Positions 1-10,100 of a DNA stretch of 64,000 nt are shown here, in pieces. The notes beneath the pieces are model-generated. The model worked only from the letters and a program-made list of their open reading frames with translations, ran no database searches and was not told the DNA's origin. How positions within the stretch are numbered: the stretch's first letter is position 1; every line of letters starts with the position of its first letter. The position numbers and the translations under genes are program-made. Source of the DNA: Chrysemys picta bellii (lineage: Eukaryota); assembly GCF_011386835.1 (NCBI RefSeq), contig NC_088802.1, forward strand, positions 1,736,001 through 1,800,000, in the 5' to 3' direction.

Positions 1-234
1 CCGCCTCCATGTGCCCCCACCTGTCCCCTGAACCCCCACCTGAGCCCCCACCTGCCCCCTGTGCCCCCTCCTGCCCCCCACCTCCTGACACTGGCTCATG
101 CCCTCTCCCAGCCCCCCCGTGAATTCCCTCAGACCCGCCCCCCCCCCCCCGTCATTTCCCGGACGCGGTGCCAGGCAGGGCAGGTTTCGCAAGGGGCACC
201 AGGAACTGGCCGAGAGAGAGAGAGAGACCCCCCC

Positions 235-1080
235 ACCCTGCCCCCAGCTCCACCTCAACCCCTCCCCCAGCTCCCCTCGCCCCCCAGCTCCCCTCAACCC
301 CTCCCCCAGCTCCCCTCGCCCCCCAGCTCCACCTCAACCCCTCCCCCCACCCTGCCCCCCAGCTCCACCTCAACCCCTCCCCCCAGCTCCCCTCGCCCCC
401 CAGCTCCACCTCAACCCCTCCCCAGCTCCCCTCGCCCTCCAGCTCCCCCTCAACCCCTCCCCCCAGCTCCCCTCGCCCCCAGCTCCACCTCAACCCCTCC
501 CCCCAGCTCCCCTCGCCCTCCAGCTCCCCCTCAACCCCTCCCCCAGCTCCCCTCGCCCCCCAGCTCCACCTCAAACCCTCCCCCAGCTCCCCTCGCCCCC
601 CAGCTCCCCTCGCCCCCCAGCTCCCCCTCAACCCCTCCCCGCCAGCTCCCCTCGCCCCCCAGCTGCCCCTCAACCCCTGCCCCCAGCTCCCCTTGCCCCC
701 CAGCTCCCCTCAACCCCTCCCCGCCAGCTCCCCTCGCCCCCAGCTGCCCTCAACCCCTGCCCCCACCTCCCCTCGCCCCCCAGCTCCCCCTCAACCCCTC
801 CCCGCCAGTTCCCCTCGCCCCCCAGATCCCCCTCAACCCCTCCTCCCAGCTCCCTCGCCCCCAGATCCCCCTCAACCCCTCCTCCAGCTCCCCTTGCCCC
901 CAGCTCCCCCTCAACCCCTCCCCGCCAGCTCCCCTCGCCCCCAGCTCCCCTCAACCCCTCCCACCACAACCCCTGTCTCTCCCCCGCCCCCCAGCTCCCC
1001 CTCAACCCCTCCCCCCACAACCCCTGTCCCTCCCCCGCCCCTCTCCCTCCTAGCACCTGCCCCCTCCCCGCCCCCAGCCC
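235..1080. repeat. C-rich minisatellite (~40 bp unit) upstream of CFB
   Basis: Tandem units like CCCCCAGCTCCACCTCAACCCCTCCCCCCAGCTCCCCTCGC; the Pro-rich ORFs here are artefacts of it. Boundaries approximate. Confidence 0.9.
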
Positions 1081-1138
1081 CGCCCGCGGGCCGTGGGGCT
1101 CGGCCAGACCCGGCTCGGCTCAGCCCCGGACGGACGCG

Positions 1139-4100
1139 ATGGGACCCGCAGCCCCACTGCTCGCCTGGCTCCTGGCGCTGGGGGCGGCGCACCTCGGTGG
1201 GTTCCCCCGGTCCCCGACCCGGCCCCCCACAGCCCCCCAACACCCCCCTCCCGGTCCCCACAGCCCCTCAGCTCCCCCCTCCCGGTCCCCCGGCCCCCAC
1301 AGCCCCCAACTCCCCCTCCGCGTCCCCCGGCCCCCCACGGCCCCCCAACTCCCCCGCAGCTCCAGAACCCCCAACCCAGCCCCCCACAGCTGCACAACTC
1401 CCCTCGCCTGGCCCCCTAACCCAGCCCCCCAGCTCCCTGACAACCCGGCCCCCCCACAGCCCTCCACCTGGCCCCCCGGCTCCCCCACAAACCGCCCCCC
1501 ACAACCTCCAACTCCCCACCCTCGGCCCCCAACCCAGCCCCCCACAGCCCCACAACTCCCTCCATCCGGCCCCCTAACCCAGCCCCCCGGCTCCCCCTGC
1601 CCGGCCCTAACCCAGCCCCCCAGCTCCCTGACAACCCGGCCCCCCCACAGCCCCCCCCACCCGCTCCCCCGGCTCCCCCACAAACCGCCCCCCCACAACC
1701 CCCCAACTCTTCCCAACTCCCCCCCCTTGGCCCCCAACCCAGCCCCCACAGCCCCACAACTCCCTCCATCTGGCCCCCTAACCCAGCCCCCCGGCTCCCT
1801 CTGCCCAGCCCCTAACCCAGCCCCCTGGCTCCTCCAACCTGCCCCCCCACAGCCCCTCAACTCCCCCCAGCCGGCCCCACAACCTGGCCCCCAACTCAGC
1901 CCCTCAGCCAGGCTCCAGCCCCACGCACAGGGCCCCTCCACCCTGTGCCCACCAGTTAGCACCCCCCCGGCCCCCCAACCCAGCCAGCCCTCGCCCGCCC
2001 CTCCCAGCTCAGGGGCCCCAACCTGGCTAGAAACCCCCATAACCCCCCTGACAGCTAGTGTCCCGTCCCCCCCCGGGCTCAGGCAGAAAGGGGGATAATT
2101 GGGGTGGGTCCTACACCTATTGTCCCTGCCCAGCAGGTGGGTTTTTATGGGTCCCACACAAATGCCGGCGCCCCCTGGTAGGATTGGGGGGGTAATCGGG
2201 GGGGTCCCGGTGCCGCGGGGGGGGGATGTGGAGGGGTCCCTGGCCTCGCCCTGACGCTCTGGCTCCCCCCAGGTGCAGCTGCCAGCGATGCCCCGAGCTG
2301 CGACCCCCAGCGCGCGCCGATCGTGGGGGGCTCGGCCCGGTTGCAGCGCCAGGGGCAGATGCTGGTGTACCAGTGCCCCGAGGGGCAGTTCCCGTACCCC
2401 CCGGCCGTCCGGGAGTGCCGCTCCAACGGCCGCTGGAGCCCCCTGAACCCCCCCACTGGCCGCCCCCTCGCCAAGGCCGAGTGCAGAGGTGCGGGGCCGG
2501 GGGGCCGGGGCTGAGAGTTCGGGAGGCTGGGGGCCATGCGGGGTGTCTGGGAGCTGGGGAGGGTCTGGGAGCCGAGGGGGTGCCAGGGGAAGGCTGGGGG
2601 TTCTTGAGGGGTGTCTGGGGGCCGGGGAGGGTCTGGGGCCATGTGGGGTGTCTGGGGGTTGGGGGGTGTCCAGGTGCTGGGGGGAAGCGGGGGGCTATGG
2701 GGGGTGTCTGGGTGCCGGGGGGAGGCGGGGGGCTGGGGGGGATGTCTGGGTGCCAGGGGGTGTCAGGGGGAAGCGGGGGGCCATGGGGGGCACCGGGACA
2801 GACCGTCCCCCTGTCCCCGCAGCCATCCAGTGCCCGGGCCCGCTGGAGTTCGACAACGGGCACTTCCACCCCCGCCAGCCGCGCTACAACATCAGCCAGA
2901 CGCTGACCTTCGAGTGCTTCGAGGGGTACACGCTGCGCGGCCCCCAGAACCGCACCTGCCTGCCCAACGGGAAGTGGAGCCGGGGGACGGCCATCTGCGA
3001 CGACGGAGGTGAGGGGGAGCCGCACGCCCGGACACGTCCGACACGCCCTGACACGGGATAACACGCCCCGGCACGGCCCCAACACGGGCTAACACAAGCT
3101 AGCACACCCCAATGGAGGCTGACACGCCCAGACATGGCCCTGACATGGGATGACACACCCCGACACACGCTGACATGCCCTGACATGCTCCCAACATGGG
3201 CTAACACACCCTGACACGGCTCCAACACAGGCTGACATGTCCAGACACACCCCGACGTGGGCTCATACGCCCTGACACGGGCTAACACCAGACACGCCCC
3301 AACCCAGGCTAACATGCCCTGACATGGGCTGACATGCCCTGACATGGGCTGACATGCCCTGACATGGGCTGACATGCCCTGACATGCCCTGACATGGGCT
3401 GACATGTCCCAGCACAGGTCAACACGCCCTGGCACGGGCCGACACGGGCTGACACACCTTCTCCCCCGCAGAGGGCCAGTGCCCGGACCCTGGCGTCCCC
3501 ATCGGGGCGACGAAGGACGGGCAGCACTACCGGGTGGAGGACCGGGTCCGGTACCGGTGCGGCCGGGGGCTCGTCATGTTCGGGTCCAAAGAACGGACCT
3601 GCCAGGAGTCCGGCGCCTGGAGCGGGACCGAACCGGAGTGTCGAGGTGATGAGATGGGGGGGGGAGGGGGGCGGCGCAAGGGGATTGGAGGGCGGCGTGG
3701 GGATCGGGGGAGGGGGCGGCGTGGGGGGAGTGATCCCCAGTTTCTCAGCCCCCCATCTCTTCCTGCCCCCGCAGACCCGTCCACCTACGACACCCCCCAG
3801 GAAGTGTCCTCCGCGTTCATCGCCTCCCTCTCGGAGACCGTGGAGGTAGCTGATCCGAACGGACCACCTGTGAGTCACGTGGCGGGGGGCTGGGGGGGAT
3901 CACATGGGGGGGCTCAGCCCACGGGGGTTGCAGGGGGGCTGGCAGAGAATCGCAGTTGGGGGGACTGGCTGGGGGGGCTGGGGAAGGATCGCAGTTGGGG
4001 GGGAGGGCAGCCTGCTGGAGTTGGGGGATCACAGCGTGGGGGGGGGCAGGAACAGGGAGTTTGTAGGGGGGGGCAGCAGGGGGCCGTGGCTGGGAGGCCT

Positions 4101-7100
4101 GGTTGCTGGGAGGGGGTCTGCCAGGGGCGTGAGGGGGGGGTGGGAGGGTCCTGTCTGGGTGTTAGGGGAGGGGGGTTGCAGCGAGGGGCCCTGCCAGAGG
4201 GTGTGGGTGCAATGGGGGGGGCTCTGCCGGGGAAGGGGGGGGTCCGGCCGCCCGCTGACCCCCCCGCCTCCCCCAGCGGAGAACGTGAAGCGGAGGATCC
4301 GGATCGAGGCCGGCGGCTCCATGAACATTTACCTGGTGATCGACGCCTCGGACAGCGTGGGGGAGGGGAACTTCTCCCGCGCCCGCGACGTCCTGGTCCA
4401 ACTCATCGAGAAGGTGGGGATCTGCCCCCCAAACCCCGGCCCTGGGGACCCCCAACACTAGCACCCACCTGGCCCCATGGGAACCCCCCAAAAACCCAGC
4501 TCCTCGGGCACCCCCCAACCTTCACCAGCCACCCAAAACCCCCAACCCCCCTCCCCGTATCCCCAAAGCCAGCACCCCGGGGCCTTCCAGCCCCCCCAAA
4601 CCCCTGGTACCCCTCACCCTCCCTGGGCACCCTCCCTGGGCATCCTCCTCAGGACCTCACAATCCCCAGCCCCCCAGGAGCCCCACAAGTCCTGGGGTTC
4701 GGGTCCCCAACTGCCCCTGCACCCAGCTCCCCACACCCCCAGGTATCCCCCCAGTCTGTGCACCCCCCGAAACCAGACCCTGCCCCCAACTCCCGGGTGC
4801 CCATAACTGAGCCCCTCACCTGGGGGAGCCGAGACACCTGCCCCATGCCAGTGGGAGCCCCCGGCCCCCCCGTGCTGATACTCGCCCCCCCCCCAGATCT
4901 CCAGCTACGGGGTCTTTCCCCGCTACGGGTCCTGACCTTCGCCACTGACCCCAAAATCGTGGTGAGCACCGTGAACCCCGAGAGCAGCGACGCCGACTGG
5001 GTCAGCACCAAACTGGGGGAGCTGAAATACGACAGTGAGTCCAGCGGGGGCTGGGGGGGAACAGGGGGCTGCAGGGGGCGGGGCTCTGTGGGGGGCTGCA
5101 GGGGGGCAAGCGATGTGGGGGGCTGCAGGGGGCAGGCGATGTGGGGGGCTGCAGGGGCGGGGCTCTGGGGGCTGCAGGGGGCAGGCGATGTGGGGGGCTG
5201 CAGGGGGCGGGGCTCTGGGGGGGCTGCAGGGGCGGGGGCTCTGGGGGAGGCTGCAGGGGGCAGGCGATGTGGGGGGCTGCAGGGGGCGGGGCTCTGGGGG
5301 AGGCTGCAGGGGGGCAGGCGATGTGGGGGCTGCAGGGGGTGGGCTCTGGGGGGGCTGCAGGGGGCAGGCGATGTGGGGGCTGCAGGGGGCGGGGCTCTGG
5401 GGGGGCTGCAGGGGGGCTGCCGTGGGGGGCAGGGGCTGCAGGGGGGCTGCCGTGGGGGGCAGGGGCCGTGGGGGCCGCGGGGGGTCACAGTGGGGGGCAG
5501 GGGCTCCGGGGGGCCGCGTGGGGGTCACAGTGGGGACCCGGCCCTCCTGACCCCCCGTGACCCCCAGGCACGCGCTGCGCAGCGGCACCAACACCCGGCC
5601 GCGCTCCAGGCCGTGCTCAACATGATCATCCAGCAGGAGCAGGACGAGATTCGCAAGGGCCACAAGGTGGCGCCAGTCGCCAACTCCACCCGCCACGTGG
5701 TGGTCCTCATGACGGACGGTGAGACCCCCTGTACCCCCAAACCACTGTACCCCAAACCCTGTACCCCGTTACCCCCAAACCCTGTACCCCCAAACCCAAC
5801 TCCACCCGCCACGTGCTGGTCCTCATGACCGACGGTGAGACCCCCTGTACCCCCAACCCCTGTACCCCTGTACCTCGAAACCCTGTACCCCCAAACCCAA
5901 CTCCACCCGCCACGTGGTGGTCCTCATGACGGATGGTGAGACCCCCTGTACCCCAAACCACTGTACCCCCAAACCCTGTACCCCTTTACCCCCAAACCCT
6001 GTACCCCCAAACCCAACTCCACCCGCCACGTGCTGGCCCTCATGACCGACGGTGAGACCCCCTGTACCCCAAACTGCTGTACCCCCAAACTCTGTACCCC
6101 TGTACCCCCAAACCCAACTCCACCCGCCACGTGCTGGTCCTCATGACTGACGGTGAGACCCCCGAACCCCCTGTACCCCCAAATCCCCTGTACCCCCAAA
6201 CCCCCCTGTACCCCCAAACCCCACTCCACCCCGCCACGTGGTGGTCCTCATGACCGATGGTGAGACCCCCTGTACCCCCAAACTGCTGTACCCCCAAACC
6301 CTGTACCCCTTTACCCCCAAACCCAACTCCACCCGCCACATGCTGTCCTCATGACCGACGGTGAGACCCCCGAACCCCCTGTACCCCCAAACTGCTGTAC
6401 CTCCAAACCCTGTACCCCCTCCCCGTGTACCCCCAAACCCAACTCCACCCACCACATGCTGGTCCTCATGACTGACGGTGAGACCCCTGAACCCCCTGTA
6501 CCTCCAAATCCCCTGTACCCCCAAACCCTCCTGTACCCCCCAACCCCACTCCACCCGCCACGTGCTGGTCCTCATGACCGACTGTGAGACCCCCAAACCC
6601 CCTGTACCCCCAAACCCCCTGTATCCCCAAACTTGGAGACCGGGGAGATGGGTCGGAAACGAGAGGGAGTGTGGGCTATATTGGCAGAGAGAAAGGAGAG
6701 TCAGGACAAAACTGGGAGGAAAGATCAAACCAGTATCTTAGATGCCTATATACAAATGCGAGAAGTATGGGGAATAAGCAGGAAGAACTGGAAGTGCTAA
6801 TAAATAAATACAACTATGACATTGTTGGCATCACTGAAACTTGGTGGGATAATACACGTGATTGAAATGTTGGTGTGGATGGGTACAGCTTGCTCAGGAA
6901 GGATAGACAGGGGGAAAGGGAGGAGGTGTTGCCTTATATATTAAAAATGTACACACTTGGACGGAGGTAGAGATGGACATAGGAGACGGAAGTGTTGAGA
7001 GTCTCTGGGTTAGGCTAAAAGGGGTAAAAAACAAGGGAGATGTCATGCTAGGAGTCTACTACAGGCCACCTAACCAGGGGGAAGAGGTGGATGAGGCTTT

Positions 7101-10100
7101 TTTCAAGCAACTAACAAAATCATCCAAAGCCCAAGATTTGGTGGTGATGGGGGACTTCAACTATCCGGATATATGTTGGGAAAATAACACAGCGGGGCAC
7201 AGACTATCCAACAAATTCCTGGACTGCATTGGAGACAACTTTTTATTTCAGAAGGTTGAAAAAGCTACTAGGGGGGAAGCTGTTCTAGACTTGATTTTAA
7301 CAAATAGGGAGGAACTCGTTGAGAATGTGAAAGTAGAAGGCAGCCTGGGTGAAAGTGATCATGAAATCATAGAGTTTGCAATTCTAAGGAAGGGTAGAAG
7401 GGAGAACAGCAAAATAGAGACAATGGATTTCAGGAAGGCAGATTTTGGTAAGCTCAGAGAGCTGATAGGTAAGGTCCCATGGGAATCAAGACTGAGGGGA
7501 AAAACAACTGAGGAGAGTTGGCAGTTCTTCAAAGGGACACTATTAAGGGCCCAAAAGCAAGCTATTCCGCTGGTTAGGAAAGATAGAAAATGTGGCAAAA
7601 GACCACCTTGGCTTAACCACGAGATCTTGCACGATCTAAAAAATAAAAAGGAGTCATATAAAAAATGGAAACTAGGACAGATTACAAAGGATGAATATAG
7701 GCAAACAACACAGGAATGCAGGGGCAAGATTAGAAAGGCAAAGGCACAAAATGAGCTCAAACTAGCTACGGGAATAAAGGGAAACAAGAAGACTTTTTAT
7801 CAATACATTAGAAGCAAGAGGAAGACCAAAGACAGGGTAGGCCCACTGCTCAGTGAAGAGGGAGAAACAGTAACAGGAAACTTGGAAATGGCAGAGATGC
7901 TTAATGACTTCTTTGTTTCGGTCTTCACCGAGAAGTCTGAAGCAATGCCTAACGTAGTGAATGCTAATGGGAAGGGGGTAGGTTTAGCAGATAAAATAAA
8001 AAAAGAACAAGTTAAAAATCACTTAGAAAAGTTAGATGCCTGCAAGTCACCCGGGCCTGATGAAATGCATCCTAGAATACTCAAGGAGCTAATAGAGGAG
8101 GTATCTGAGCCTCTAGCTATTATCTTTGGAAAATCATGGGAGACGGGAGAGATTCCAGAAGACTGGAAAAGGGCAAATATAGTGCCCATCTATAAAAGGG
8201 AAATAAAAACAACCCAGGAAACTACAGACCAGTGAGTTTAACTTCTGTGCCAGGGCAGATAATGGAGCAAGTAATTAAGGAAATCATCTGCAAACACTTG
8301 GAAGGTGGTAAGGTGATAGGGAACAGCCAGCATGGATTTGTGAAGAACAAATCATGTCAAACCATCTGATAGCTTTCTTTGATAGGATAACGAGCCTTGT
8401 GGATAAGGGTGAAGCGGTGGATGTGGTATACCTAGACTTTAGTAAGGCATTTGATACAGTCTCGCATGATATTCTTATCGATAAACTAGGCAAATACAAA
8501 TTAGATGGGGCTACTATAAGGTGGGTGCATAACTGGCTGGATAACCGTACTCAGAGAGTTGTTATTAATAGTTCCCAATCCTGCTGGAAAGCCATAACGA
8601 GTGGGGTATCGCAGGGGTCTGTTTTGGGACCGGCTCTGTTCAATATCTTCATCAACGACTTAGATATTGGCATAGAAAGTGCGCTTATTAAGTTTGCAGA
8701 TGATACCAAACTGGGAGGGATTGCAACTGCTTTGAGGACAGGGTCATAATTCAAAATGATCTGGACAAATGGAGAAATGGTCTGAGTTAAACAGGATGAA
8801 GTTTAACAAAGACAAATGCAAAGTGCTCCACTTAGGAAGGAAAAATCAGTTTCACACATACAGAATGGGAAGAGGACTGTCTAGGAAGGAGTACGGCAGA
8901 AAGGGATCTAGGGGTTATAGTGGACCACAAGCTAAATATGAGTCAACAGTGTGATGCTGTTGCAAAAAAAGCAAACCTGATTCTGGGATGTATTAACAGG
9001 TGTGTTGTGAGCAAGACACGAGAAGTCATTCTTCCGCTCTACTCTGCTCTGGTTAGCCTCAGCTGGAGTATTGTGTCCAGTTCTGGGCACCGCATTTTAA
9101 AAAGATGTGGAGAAATTGGAAAGGGTCCAGAGAAGAGCAACAAGAATGATTAAAGGTTTTGAGAACATGACCTATGAAGGAACGCTGAAAGAACTGGGTT
9201 TGTTTAGTTTGGAGAAGAGAAGACTGAGAGGAGACATGATAGCAGTTTTCAGGTATTTAAAAGGGTGTCATAAGGAGGAGGGAGAAACTTGTTCACCTTA
9301 GCCTCTAAGGATAGAACCAGAAGCAATGGGTTTAAACTGCGGCAAGGGAGGTTTAGGTTGGACATTAGGAAAAAGTTCCTAACTGTCAGGGTGGTTAAAC
9401 ACTGGAATAAATTGCCGAGGGAGGTTGTGGAATCTCCATCTCTGGAGATATTTAAGAGTAGGTTAGATAAATGTCTATCAGGGATGGTCTAGACAGTATT
9501 TGGTCCTGCCATGCGGCAGGGGACTGGACTCGATGACCTCTCGAGGTCCCTTCCAGTCCTAGAATCTATGAATCTATTAAACCCCCTGAATCCCCCTGTA
9601 CCCCAAACCCACCTGCCACGTGCTGGTCTTCATGACAGACGGTGAGACCCCCTGAATCCCCTTGTACCCCCAAACCCCAACTCCACCCGCCACGTGCTGG
9701 TCTTCATGACAGACGGTGAGACCCCCTGAATCCCCCTGTACCCCCAAACCCCAACTCCAGCCTGCCACGTGCTGGTCTTCATGACAGACGGTGAGACCCC
9801 CTGAATCCCCCTGTACCCCCAAACCCCAACTCCACCTGCCACGTGCTAGTCTTCATGACAGACGTGAGACCCCCTGAATCCCCCTGTACCCCCAAACCCC
9901 AACTCCACCCGCCACATGCTGGTCCTCATGACCAACTGTGAGACCCCCAAACCCCCTGTACCTCCAAACACCTCTGTACCCCAATCCCCAAACCCCCTGT
10001 ACCCCCAAACCCCAACTCCACCCGCAATGTGCTGGTCCTCATGACTGACTGTGAGACCCCCAAACCCCTCTGGCCCCCTGAACCCCCCAGAGCCCCTGTA

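Noticed and set aside
61-2157. Long Pro/Gly-rich ORFs (330-666 aa) and the many similar ones across the window
   Set aside because: They are translations of stop-poor GC-rich minisatellites, open in several frames at once, with no domain motifs.
6973-8235. 420-aa ORF as a host gene or active retroelement
   Set aside because: It is part of a CR1 ORF2 that is 5'-truncated with stops and frameshifts, so it cannot be autonomous.
5680-10070. CRISPR-like repeat-spacer array
   Set aside because: Eukaryotic intron; the repeat is a host exon end, the spacers are related low-complexity sequence, and there are no cas genes.
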